Positions 51,314 through 60,999 of a DNA stretch of 64,000 bases are shown here, piece after piece; the stretch's first letter is position 1; each line of letters begins with the position of its first letter. The translations under genes were made by a program, and so were the position numbers. Source of the DNA: Pseudobacter ginsenosidimutans (GTDB taxonomy: Bacteria; Bacteroidota; Bacteroidia; Chitinophagales; Chitinophagaceae). The stretch lies in the NCBI RefSeq assembly GCF_007970185.1, contig NZ_CP042431.1, positions 6,429,342 through 6,493,341 on the forward strand, read 5' to 3'. The notes under the pieces are model-generated. The model worked only from the letters and a program-made list of their open reading frames with translations, searched no databases and had not been told where the DNA came from.

Positions 51314-52345
51314 ATGATTAAGAGAGTTTATTATGTATCGTTACTTCTCGTTTCGCTGATTGCCCTGGCCGCATTCACGGTTAATGACCCCGTTACACCG
51401 CAGCAGCAGAAGCCTGCGCTGAGTACTATTATTATCGATGCGGGTCATGGCGGCGTGGATCCCGGCGCATTGGGGCAGCATTCCACCGAAGCGGAAATCG
51501 CATTGAGTATTTCCCTCAAACTGGGAAAAGCCATCGAAAAAGAGATGCCCGGCGTGAAGGTGATCTACACCCGCACCACAGATGTGCTGGCTGGTGGCGG
51601 CACCAATATTCAGCAGAGCCTCCGTTACAGGGCCAATATGGCCAATGAAGCAAAGGGTGATCTTTTTGTGAGCATCCACTGTAATGCTGCCGGTGTAAAA
51701 GCCGGAGGCTGGTATGCAAAACGTGTGGTAGGTCATAAGACCCGGACTGTTTGGGTAGGAAAAGGAAAAAAGAGAAAAAAGAAAACAGTTCGTGATCCTA
51801 TATATGAAAGTTACTATGTGAAGAACTGGCAGCATGGTACCGAGACCTATATATGGGCCGCCGACCGTGGCGGCTTCAAGGGCGAGGCTATCAACCAAAG
51901 TCAGGAAGAAGGCGGTGAGAATGTGGAGGACAGCACCAATATCCTGGACCTGAATTCACCCGAGGCCCGCATCCGTGCACAGTTGTATGAGAAGAAATAT
52001 TTCGCCAAGAGTCTCACGCTGGCCACATTCGTGGAAGAGGAATTTGTGAAGGGCGGACGTGTAAGCCGCGGCGTGAAACAGAGAAATGAAAAAGGTATCT
52101 GGGTGCTGCAGGCTACGGGCATGCCCAGTGTGCTGATCGAAACGGGATTTGTAACACATACAGAAGAAGAACAATATATCATCAGCGAAAAAGGCCAGGA
52201 GGAGATTGTGAACAATATTCTCGCCTCGCTGGTACGATACAAGGCTTCCCTGGAAAGCAAACAACATCAGTCCACCGAGCAGAATGCTCCGGCTGAAGCT
52301 GAAAGCCAGGCACAGCAGCTGCCAACCAGGGACAGTCTGAAATAA
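51314..52345 (+). CDS. N-acetylmuramoyl-L-alanine amidase (Amidase_3), paralog 1.
   Basis: IIIDAGHGGVDPGA motif. Lys-rich insert GKGKKRKKKT. Confidence 0.75.
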   Translation: MIKRVYYVSLLLVSLIALAAFTVNDPVTPQQQKPALSTIIIDAGHGGVDPGALGQHSTEAEIALSISLKLGKAIEKEMPGVKVIYTRTTDVLAGGGTNIQQSLRYRANMANEAKGDLFVSIHCNAAGVKAGGWYAKRVVGHKTRTVWVGKGKKRKKKTVRDPIYESYYVKNWQHGTETYIWAADRGGFKGEAINQSQEEGGENVEDSTNILDLNSPEARIRAQLYEKKYFAKSLTLATFVEEEFVKGGRVSRGVKQRNEKGIWVLQATGMPSVLIETGFVTHTEEEQYIISEKGQEEIVNNILASLVRYKASLESKQHQSTEQNAPAEAESQAQQLPTRDSLK

Positions 52346-52376
52346 TTTTCCCCGTCTGTAAACCGATGAGTATAGC

Positions 52377-53261
52377 ATGTTGAAAACAATCCTTCAAGGC
52401 CTTACCATTTGTGTTGTATTTACGGCACTTACATCATTCCGGCAGGCTCCTGAAAAAGATCAGAAGCCCTCTTTCAAAACCATTATCGTTGATCCCGGTC
52501 ATGGAGGAAAGGCCATCGGTGCGCGTGGAAAAACTTCAACAGAAAAAGCAATTTGTCTTTCCATTGCCCTCAAACTGGGGAAACTCCTGAGCCAAATCCC
52601 GGGTGTGAAAGTGGTATATACCAGAACTACAGATGTGTATGTGGATAACCGTTACAGGGCGGAACTGGCCAATAAGCATAAAGGTGATCTTTATATTTCC
52701 ATCCATGCCAATTCAGCCCCGCCCAAAGTGACCAAAAAGAAAGTGGGTACTCAAAAAGTAACTTACTACACCGGCAAAGGGAAGAACAGGAAGAAGCGGA
52801 CGAAGATCGTTCCCAAATACAGGACCTACTCCACTCCCAACCCTGCACACGGAACGGAAACCTATATCTGGGCCGCGGACCGTACAGATGCAAAAGGAGA
52901 ATTCGTAGGCGAACGGATCTCTTCCGATGAAGAATATACGCCGGATATCGACAGTCCCGAATTCAGGGTGAAATCGATGTTATGGACGAAAAAATACTTC
53001 GATAAAAGCCTTACACTGGCTACGATGGTGGAACAGGAATTCGTAAAAGGCGGCCGGAGCAGTCGCGGAGTGAAACAACGGAACAATGAAGGCATCTGGA
53101 TCCTGCAGGCCACCGCAATGCCCAGTATCCTTGTTGAGACCGGTTTCATCTCCAACAGAAATGAGGAGATCTACCTGACAAGCGCCAAAGGTCAGGAAGC
53201 CATTGCCAAAAATATTTACCAGGCTGTAAAGCGTTACAAATCCTCGATGGATGCCAAATAG
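52377..53261 (+). CDS. N-acetylmuramoyl-L-alanine amidase (Amidase_3), paralog 2.
   Basis: IIVDPGHGGKAIGARG motif. Lys-rich insert GKGKNRKKRTK. It is a tandem duplicate of the preceding gene. Confidence 0.75.
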   Translation: MLKTILQGLTICVVFTALTSFRQAPEKDQKPSFKTIIVDPGHGGKAIGARGKTSTEKAICLSIALKLGKLLSQIPGVKVVYTRTTDVYVDNRYRAELANKHKGDLYISIHANSAPPKVTKKKVGTQKVTYYTGKGKNRKKRTKIVPKYRTYSTPNPAHGTETYIWAADRTDAKGEFVGERISSDEEYTPDIDSPEFRVKSMLWTKKYFDKSLTLATMVEQEFVKGGRSSRGVKQRNNEGIWILQATAMPSILVETGFISNRNEEIYLTSAKGQEAIAKNIYQAVKRYKSSMDAK

Positions 53262-53361
53262 GCTCCGGCAGTTGTTCCAATTGTTTTATTTTTGCTGCGG
53301 CCATCAAAAAAACGCATCTTGCTGCCTGATTTGAAAGGATATAGCGCTAAAATTCACTAGC

Positions 53362-54354
53362 ATGAAAATTTCTAATGAGACTAAGGTTGGATCGTTGACT
53401 GCAATCGCCATTGCTGTGCTGATCCTTGGATTTAACTTCCTGAAAGGAAAAGATTTCAATACCACCAAGCATAAATTATTCGCTGTATTCCCTGCTGTTG
53501 AAGGACTGATGGTGTCCAACCCTGTTACAGTAAATGGATTGCAGGTAGGAAAGGTTTCCACTATCGAGGCCAAAGACAAGAACATGACCGGCATCATCGT
53601 GGGCATTACCCTCACCCAGGAAGTGAATATCCCCAACAATTCTGTTGCTTCATTAAGCACAGACCTGCTGGGATCTTCCACCACCATGAAAATATTCCTC
53701 GGTAACTCCACTACCCTCATCAACGATGGAGATACACTGAGCACAAGGCCAATCAAAGGACTGACCGATAAGCTCCAGGCCAGCCTGGATCCCGCACTCG
53801 CCAGCGCCACACAAACGCTGCAATCGCTCGATACACTGGTCAACAACCTGAACAGCCTGCTCGATCCCAATACAAAAAACAACCTGGCTTCTATCATCGC
53901 CAATCTCACCCGCTCCACGCAAAACCTCAACAAACTGCTGGACGCGCAAACAGGTATGCTGGCAAAAAGCCTCTCCAATGTTGAATCTGTAACCGGTAAT
54001 CTCGCCAAAAGCAATGAGAAGATCACGGCTACCGTAGACAACCTGGAAAAGACTTCTAACAGTCTCGCCAATGCGAAGATCAAAGAGACCATCGATAACC
54101 TGGAATCTGTTACCAGCAAACTCAGCTCTGCAGTGAGCAAAACCACTCAGAAAGATAATACGATGGGGCTGCTGTTAAATGATCGCAAATTGTACGACGA
54201 GCTTCGCGAGACCAACAGAAGTTTGACTACTTTGCTCGATGATTTCCGCCTTCACCCCAAACGCTATGTGAACATTTCCGTGTTTGGACGTAAAGACAAA
54301 AGCGGACCGATAAAGGCTCCTATCTATGACTCTGTTCCCAATAAAGGCAACTAA
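53362..54354 (+). CDS. MlaD/MCE-family protein.
   Basis: N-terminal TM segment, an MCE domain, and a long Asn/Leu-rich coiled-coil C-terminus. Confidence 0.7.
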   Translation: MKISNETKVGSLTAIAIAVLILGFNFLKGKDFNTTKHKLFAVFPAVEGLMVSNPVTVNGLQVGKVSTIEAKDKNMTGIIVGITLTQEVNIPNNSVASLSTDLLGSSTTMKIFLGNSTTLINDGDTLSTRPIKGLTDKLQASLDPALASATQTLQSLDTLVNNLNSLLDPNTKNNLASIIANLTRSTQNLNKLLDAQTGMLAKSLSNVESVTGNLAKSNEKITATVDNLEKTSNSLANAKIKETIDNLESVTSKLSSAVSKTTQKDNTMGLLLNDRKLYDELRETNRSLTTLLDDFRLHPKRYVNISVFGRKDKSGPIKAPIYDSVPNKGN

Positions 54355-54358
54355 ACAC

Positions 54359-55687
54359 ATGAAGCAATATTCAGCCCTGCTGGTATTGACGCTGCTTTTT
54401 TGCTTCAAAGGTTTGGCACAGTCCACCGATACTACCGGTAAAATGGTGGAATGGCTGAATTCCGAAAAATTCCGCTTTGAAAAGAAAGACTCCGTTACTG
54501 AACTCAATATCTGGGTAGGCAATGTTATCGTAAAACAGAACAACACTACTTTTTACTGTGACTCCGCCATCTTCAATAAAAGGACCAGAACACTGGAAGC
54601 CTTCGGCAATGTACATATCAATGATGCAGACAGTGTACATACCTATAGCCAATACCTGCTTTACTACATCGACACACGAATTGCCAACCTGAAGAAAAAA
54701 GTAAAGCTCACAGACGGAAAGATCACACTCCATACAGAAGAGCTTCGTTATGACGCCAATGAAAAGATCGGCGACTACTATAATGGTGGCCGCGTAGAAA
54801 ATGGCAAGACCGTGCTCACCAGCAAGGAAGGCACTTACTACGGGGAAATGAAGGATGTGTATTTCAAGAAGGATGTAGTACTGAAAGATCCCGGCTCCAC
54901 GCTCAGGTCTGACTCGCTCCTGTACAATACGGAAACAGAGATCGCCACCTTTATTACAAAGACCACCATCACTGATACTACAGATAAGAACATCGTCACA
55001 CGGGAAGGCACATACGATGTAAAGAACAGGAAGGCATATTTTTCGGGTCGTCCCATCATCACAGACGCGAGGGCGCGCACCCGCATTGTAGCGAACCAGA
55101 TCGACCGTAACGATGAAACCGGTATCAGCACCCTTACGGGTAATGCCGTGTATATCGATTCGGCGCAGGGCGTTTCCGTGCTGGCCAACTATATACGGGC
55201 AAACGGAAAAGAAGGAACATTCTTTGCCACCCGGCAACCACTCATGATCTTAAAGCAGGAATCCGACTCCATATATATTGCAGCAGATACTTTGTTCTCG
55301 GGAAGACTCAGTAAACTACAGCATGATCTGGACTCGATCGCGGCCGTGAATGCGCGGAGAGACAGTCTTCTCAAGCTGGAAGCTGCCCGTAAAAAAGCTG
55401 TGAGGGATTCCACTGCACTAACGCAGATCAATGTTCGAAAAGATACAGAAAAGGATTCTGTACTGGTACCTGCTCCCAATCTGATGGACAGTGCCGTGGC
55501 AGCTGTGACCGACAGTGCAACAAAAAGGATCCCGCTGAAAGATACTTCGGCAAATCAGGATACACATGTGCAGCGATTACGGGCCATGGCAGATTCCACC
55601 CTGGCTGCTGCAACAGCAGATACCGGAGTGAAGGCACCGCCTGACACAGCGCTGGCAGCACAAGCCACCAAGCCCCTCCTTCCGTAA
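54359..55687 (+). CDS. OstA-like (LptA/LptC-type beta-jellyroll repeat) protein. It is probably continuous with 55747-56349 if a C4 run near 55665-55668 is one base short.
   Basis: Signal peptide MKQYSALLVLTLLFCFKGLAQ. Repeated OstA_N-like segments. A +1 C in cccc gives ...KPPPSVTAPTKEVAVTKPPTKKPANPVVIND..., fusing it to the next ORF. Confidence 0.5.
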   Translation: MKQYSALLVLTLLFCFKGLAQSTDTTGKMVEWLNSEKFRFEKKDSVTELNIWVGNVIVKQNNTTFYCDSAIFNKRTRTLEAFGNVHINDADSVHTYSQYLLYYIDTRIANLKKKVKLTDGKITLHTEELRYDANEKIGDYYNGGRVENGKTVLTSKEGTYYGEMKDVYFKKDVVLKDPGSTLRSDSLLYNTETEIATFITKTTITDTTDKNIVTREGTYDVKNRKAYFSGRPIITDARARTRIVANQIDRNDETGISTLTGNAVYIDSAQGVSVLANYIRANGKEGTFFATRQPLMILKQESDSIYIAADTLFSGRLSKLQHDLDSIAAVNARRDSLLKLEAARKKAVRDSTALTQINVRKDTEKDSVLVPAPNLMDSAVAAVTDSATKRIPLKDTSANQDTHVQRLRAMADSTLAAATADTGVKAPPDTALAAQATKPLLP

Positions 55688-55746
55688 CAGCACCGACAAA
55701 AGAAGTTGCCGTTACCAAACCGCCAACAAAGAAACCAGCAAACCCC

Positions 55747-56349
55747 GTGGTGATCAACGATACCACCAATGCCAACGACAGCACCGACCGCTATTTCCAG
55801 GCATACCATAATGTGCGGATCTTCTCCGATTCACTGCAGGCTGTTTCAGATAGTCTTTTCTATTCCGGCAAGGATTCCATATTCCGTCTCTTTACAGATC
55901 CCATCGTTTGGTCCGGAGACAACCAATTGACCGGCGACACTATTTTCCTGTACACGAAAAACAAGAAAGCCGACAAACTTTTTGTGTGGGAAAATGCACT
56001 GGCCGTGAACAAGACCGGTATCGATATGTACAACCAGCTAAAGGGCAACCGCCTCACCGGTATGTTCATCGATGGAACCCTCGATTACATGCGCGCCAAA
56101 GGCAATGCAGAGAGTGTGTATTGGGTGAAGGATGAAGACAGTGCGCTGGTGGGCGTTAACAATGTGAACGGGGATATCATCGATCTGCGTTTCCTGAACA
56201 AGGAGCTTGACAAAGTGGTAGTGATCAGTGAACCGAAAGGTGTGATGCTGCCTGTTAGCCAGGCTTCCGAGCAGGAAAAATTCCTGCGTAATTTCAAATG
56301 GCGCGAAGCACGCAGGCCCAAAACAAAATTTGAGCTCTTCGGTAACTAA
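55747..56349 (+). CDS. OstA-like domain protein, likely the C-terminal part of the preceding gene.
   Basis: Given with a GTG start. The upstream frame is open into a Pro/Thr/Lys linker. OstA-like motifs are present. Confidence 0.45.
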   Translation: MVINDTTNANDSTDRYFQAYHNVRIFSDSLQAVSDSLFYSGKDSIFRLFTDPIVWSGDNQLTGDTIFLYTKNKKADKLFVWENALAVNKTGIDMYNQLKGNRLTGMFIDGTLDYMRAKGNAESVYWVKDEDSALVGVNNVNGDIIDLRFLNKELDKVVVISEPKGVMLPVSQASEQEKFLRNFKWREARRPKTKFELFGN

Positions 56350-56447
56350 GCGCTTCACATTTTTTTCACTTTCCTTTGCATCAACTTTAACAGGGTGTAT
56401 ATCTGCACACTGGCATCATTTTCGTTTTTCCCATATAAACTGAAAAT

Positions 56448-56906
56448 ATGCAAAGGATCATTGTAACCCTGCTCCTGGCGGGAGCTTTTGTGATCAGCAG
56501 CCAGCATGCAAAAGCACAGGACTACCGGTTTGGGATCGGTCTTCGCCTGAGCAACTCCACTCCCACACTCAATAACTCTATCTCCGGCAAGTACAATGTA
56601 ACAAACAAGAGCGCGGTAGAAGGAATGGTTTCCTTCGGATCACGTTTCGGACTGGGTGCATTGCTTGAACTGCATCAGAATTTCTCAACACCCGGATTGC
56701 GATGGTTCTATGGCGCCGGTTTCTTTGCAGGATGGCAGGACAAAGAAACCTATCTTGGTCCAACCGGTATTCTCGGTATCGAGTATACATTCCCGAAAGC
56801 TCCGATCAATATTTCCGCAGACTGGAAACCCGAGCTCGATCTCATCCCCGATATCAACTTTGTTCCCGATGCTTTTGCCATCACTGTGCGGTTTACCTTA
56901 AAATAA
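56448..56906 (+). CDS. Small outer-membrane beta-barrel protein (OmpW/OmpA-like porin family).
   Basis: Signal peptide MQRIIVTLLLAGAFVISSQHAKAQ. Alternating beta-strand pattern, with a C-terminal aromatic. Confidence 0.5.
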   Translation: MQRIIVTLLLAGAFVISSQHAKAQDYRFGIGLRLSNSTPTLNNSISGKYNVTNKSAVEGMVSFGSRFGLGALLELHQNFSTPGLRWFYGAGFFAGWQDKETYLGPTGILGIEYTFPKAPINISADWKPELDLIPDINFVPDAFAITVRFTLK

Positions 56907-57084
56907 GTACCTTCAATCTGCAACAAACTGCAATCGTACCGGCAAAAAGACGGCCCATTCCCGAAAATACCTGCAATTACTTGCGGATGCAAAAAAAATA
57001 ATGCCGATTTTGCCAATAATTTTAACATTTGATGCGGTTTTATGCAGGAATTTACTTTATTTTACTTGGTAACCATCTAACGCT

Positions 57085-57834
57085 ATGCTCAAGAAAGAAA
57101 GACAGGCGTACATTTTACATCAGGTTAATCTCCATAACAAGGTGCTCTCATCGTCATTGAGCCAGGAGATCAGTGTATCTGAAGATACAATCCGCAGAGA
57201 CTTGCAGGAACTGGCGGACGAAGGCAAGATCATAAAAGTACATGGCGGAGCGCTTTCCCATAGCTTCAGCCAGGTTTACTATCCTTCCAACAACGTTTAT
57301 TCTCTCGATAACAAGAAGATCATTGCCCAGAAAGCGGCATCGCTGATCGAGGATGGCATGTTTGTGTTGACTACCGGTGGCACCACCATTATTGAACTGG
57401 CCAGAGCGCTGCCTCCACAGCTGAAAGCCACTTTCATTTCCGGTAGTATTCCCGTAGTGCTGGAATATATGCATCATCCTTCCATCGAAGTGATCCTGAT
57501 TGGAGATAAAGTGAACAAGAACTCCAAGATCACGGTAGGCGCAGAAGCGATAGCCCAGATCAAAAGGATCCGTGCTGACCTCTGTTTCCTCGGCATCAAT
57601 GCAATCGACATTAAGAACGGAATTACAGATAACGACTGGGATGTGGTCACTTTGAAGAAGGCGATGATTGAATCGGCACAGAAGGTAGTTTGCCTAACCA
57701 TTGCCGAGAAGATCAATTCTCTGCAGCCGATTCATATTGACGACATCAGCAGGATCCACACGCTGATCACTGAGTTACCACCCGACGATCCTCTGCTTAA
57801 ACCATACAAAGACGCAGGCATAGAAGTACTTTAG
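57085..57834 (+). CDS. DeoR-family transcriptional regulator.
   Basis: N-terminal HTH VLSSSLSQEISVSEDTIRRDLQELADEGKIIKVHGGA. C-terminal DeoRC sugar-phosphate-binding domain. Confidence 0.75.
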   Translation: MLKKERQAYILHQVNLHNKVLSSSLSQEISVSEDTIRRDLQELADEGKIIKVHGGALSHSFSQVYYPSNNVYSLDNKKIIAQKAASLIEDGMFVLTTGGTTIIELARALPPQLKATFISGSIPVVLEYMHHPSIEVILIGDKVNKNSKITVGAEAIAQIKRIRADLCFLGINAIDIKNGITDNDWDVVTLKKAMIESAQKVVCLTIAEKINSLQPIHIDDISRIHTLITELPPDDPLLKPYKDAGIEVL

Positions 57835-57878
57835 GTTCCATACATATTGCTGATACATTAACGACAAACTAACTCGCT

Positions 57879-60800
57879 ATGAGAAAAAAACTCCGGCTGG
57901 TGGTAATGCTACTCGTATTGCCATTCAGTTCCCTTTTTGCCCAGGAAGGTACCATCAAGGGTACCGTAACTGACGCAAATAACGCTCCACTACCGGGTGT
58001 TACGGTTACAAACCAAACCACTCAGAAATCAACACTCACCAACCCCAATGGTAATTATCAGATAGCTGCACGCTCCGGGCAGGTTTTGTTATTTACCTAT
58101 GTTGGCTTCACTCCACAAAAAGTAACTGTGGGGAGCAGTGGTGTGGTAAATGTAAATCTGGTTTCTTCAGACAAACACATGGGAGAAGTGATCGTAACAG
58201 CACACGGTATCTCCCGTCAGAAGAAAAGTCTCGGCTACTCCACTCCGGTAGTATCAGGTGATGAAGTAACGCAAACGCAGCGTGAAAGCTTTATCAACGG
58301 TCTCGCAGGCAGGGTGCCCGGATTGATGGTAAACCAGACCTCAGGTAACCCCGGCGCCTCTTCGCAGATCGTGCTGCGAGGTATCGTTTCGCTGGATGGA
58401 GACAACTCTCCATTGATCGTGATAGATGGTTTACCCATCGACAACTCGATCATGTCCGGCGCCAATCTCGTGGGCAACCGTAATAACCGCGACCAGGATT
58501 ATTCCAATCGTGCGATCGATATCAACCCTGCTGATATTGAAACCTATACGATCCTCAAAGGCCCTGAAGCCACTGCATTGTATGGAAATCTCGGCGCATC
58601 GGGCGCTATCGTGATCACTACCAAAAAAGCAAAGGCAGGATTCGGTTCCATCACTTATAACAATGCTTTCAGGCTGGAAAAACAAATGAACTTTCCTGAA
58701 GTACAGAATGTATACAGCCAGGGAGTCAGCAACGGCATATATAGTGGAAGCACCCGCAGCTACTGGGGCCCCAAATATGCAGACAATGTGAAACGCTTCG
58801 ATAATGTGGATCAATTCTTCCAGACCAGTTTCAGTCAGAAACACAACCTGGCGCTGGAAGGCGGCAGTGCTGGTTTGAGCTATCGCTGGGCTAATGAATA
58901 TTCAGATAATACAGGTACCATTCCCAATACTTTGTACAGGAGATTTTCCTCCCGTTTGTCTGCAACTGCCACTATCAGCCCCCTCCTTTCTGTAACAACT
59001 TCTTTCAATTATATCAATTCATATAATAAGAAAGCGAACAAAGGAGACAGAGGTTACCTGATGGGCCTGCTTACATTCCCTTCCATCTATGACATCAACA
59101 ATTGGGTAGATAATTTTGGTAACAGGGTGCTCAACACCAGCACTATTTTCGGCGAAACCGATAACCCGTTCTGGGATGTATACAAGAACCCGCAGGATGA
59201 AAGAGTGAATCGTTTGCTGGCAAATTCCACTGTTACTTTGAAGCCGGTAAAATGGCTGACCATTAACGGTACTTTCGGCGCAGACGTATCTACCACCAGC
59301 GGTATGATGGTGTATCACGGACAATCATACAAAGGCTCCGGTAGCGCCGGAACCCCAACAGGTGGCCGCATTGAGGCTTACCAGATCCAGGGAAGGATCC
59401 TGAACGGAGCCCTGACTGCCACTGCCACTCATAATTTCGGCAAATTCAACAACTCATATATCGTTGGTGCCAATTTCAACGATTACAATACTACCACTAC
59501 AGCACAGTTCGGTGAAAAAATGTATGATCCGAACTTTTACAGTATGAACAATACTACGCCCACAACCCAGCGTACCAAAACAACACTGATGCGATACAGG
59601 GGTTTGGGAGTGTTTGCACAAGCGGTATTGGGATATGAGTCCTTATTGTATCTGACGCTTACGGGTCGCATGGATGCATCTTCCAGGTTAATGCCTAATA
59701 CACCTTATTTCTACTATCCCGCCGCGAGCTTCGCCTTCAACTTCAGTGAGCTGTCGGCCGTCAAAGACCTGGGATGGCTTTCCTTCGGTAAGCTGAGAGC
59801 TTCTTATGCCTACACCGGTAAGGAGCCGAGGACCGCCTATATCACCAAGACTGCGCTGCTTCCTTCTTCCGGAACGAATGGCGGCTTTGCGCTGGATCCG
59901 GCCAAAGGCGGAAACGACAAGCTTAAAGTAGAGTTCTCAAAGAATTTCGAAACCGGATTTGAACTGCAATTCCTCAAAAACCGTCTGGGTATTGATTTCA
60001 CCTGGTACAATATGCTCTCCGAGAACCAGATCATTTCCCCAAGGTTGAGCTATGGAACAGGTTTCATCATCAAGGCCCTGAATGGAGGTGAAGTAAGGAA
60101 CAGAGGCATCGAAGTTCAACTCACAGGTACTCCATTGAAAAGGAAAGATCTGTCGTGGGATGTCACTGTGAACTTTACACGCAACAGGGGCAAAGTGATT
60201 GCAGTAGCAGAAGAGTTGCCTGAATACTATAACTCCGATACCTGGTTGCAGGACGGTGTACGTGGTTCAGTGTATCCCGGCGCCAGTACTGGTGCTATCG
60301 GAGGCTGGGTGAATCAGCGCAATGAAAGAGGTGATCTGCTGATCAGTCCTACCAATGGCCTGCCTCTGCTGACCAATGATGGCGTGTTCTATCCTATTGG
60401 CGACAGATCTCCTGATTTCCTGGTAGGGCTGGTGAATAAATTCACTTACAAATCCTGGTCATTGTCATTCCTCTTCGATCTGAGAAAAGGTGGCGATGTA
60501 TATAACGCTACCCAATATACGCTTTATACAACCGGCCTGAGTATGAAAACCCTCGACAGGGAAACACCCCGTATCATCAAAGGTGTACTGAAAGATGGGC
60601 TCGAGAACTCTAAAACGCCAACGCAGAATACGATCGTAGTAACGCCATACAACAATACCGGCTTCTATACTTCCACAACCAATGGCATTTCACCGGAGAA
60701 TTTTGTAGAAAAAGATATCGATGCGTTCCGTGTAAGGGATATTACCCTGAGTTATTATTTCCCGCAAAAATCACTTACAAAAGTTAAGTGGGTAAAAGAT

Positions 60801-60974
60801 CTCAGCCTGTTTGTGACCGCAACGGATGTATTACTGATCACCAACTATTCCGGAATGGACCCTGACAGCAATGGTACAAACCCATCTACGGGTGGCCTTG
60901 GAGGTTATGGTATTGACTTTGGCAATATGGGCAGACCGCTGGGCGTGAATTTCGGAATGCGCGTAAAACTCTAA
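57879..60974 (+). CDS. susC: SusC/RagA-family TonB-linked outer-membrane transporter.
   Basis: Signal peptide, CarboxypepD_reg-like N-terminus, plug and 22-strand barrel pattern, C-terminal ...NFGMRVKL. Confidence 0.85.
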   Translation: MRKKLRLVVMLLVLPFSSLFAQEGTIKGTVTDANNAPLPGVTVTNQTTQKSTLTNPNGNYQIAARSGQVLLFTYVGFTPQKVTVGSSGVVNVNLVSSDKHMGEVIVTAHGISRQKKSLGYSTPVVSGDEVTQTQRESFINGLAGRVPGLMVNQTSGNPGASSQIVLRGIVSLDGDNSPLIVIDGLPIDNSIMSGANLVGNRNNRDQDYSNRAIDINPADIETYTILKGPEATALYGNLGASGAIVITTKKAKAGFGSITYNNAFRLEKQMNFPEVQNVYSQGVSNGIYSGSTRSYWGPKYADNVKRFDNVDQFFQTSFSQKHNLALEGGSAGLSYRWANEYSDNTGTIPNTLYRRFSSRLSATATISPLLSVTTSFNYINSYNKKANKGDRGYLMGLLTFPSIYDINNWVDNFGNRVLNTSTIFGETDNPFWDVYKNPQDERVNRLLANSTVTLKPVKWLTINGTFGADVSTTSGMMVYHGQSYKGSGSAGTPTGGRIEAYQIQGRILNGALTATATHNFGKFNNSYIVGANFNDYNTTTTAQFGEKMYDPNFYSMNNTTPTTQRTKTTLMRYRGLGVFAQAVLGYESLLYLTLTGRMDASSRLMPNTPYFYYPAASFAFNFSELSAVKDLGWLSFGKLRASYAYTGKEPRTAYITKTALLPSSGTNGGFALDPAKGGNDKLKVEFSKNFETGFELQFLKNRLGIDFTWYNMLSENQIISPRLSYGTGFIIKALNGGEVRNRGIEVQLTGTPLKRKDLSWDVTVNFTRNRGKVIAVAEELPEYYNSDTWLQDGVRGSVYPGASTGAIGGWVNQRNERGDLLISPTNGLPLLTNDGVFYPIGDRSPDFLVGLVNKFTYKSWSLSFLFDLRKGGDVYNATQYTLYTTGLSMKTLDRETPRIIKGVLKDGLENSKTPTQNTIVVTPYNNTGFYTSTTNGISPENFVEKDIDAFRVRDITLSYYFPQKSLTKVKWVKDLSLFVTATDVLLITNYSGMDPDSNGTNPSTGGLGGYGIDFGNMGRPLGVNFGMRVKL

Positions 60975-60999
60975 TTCCTCAGTTTTAAAGTACTTTGTT

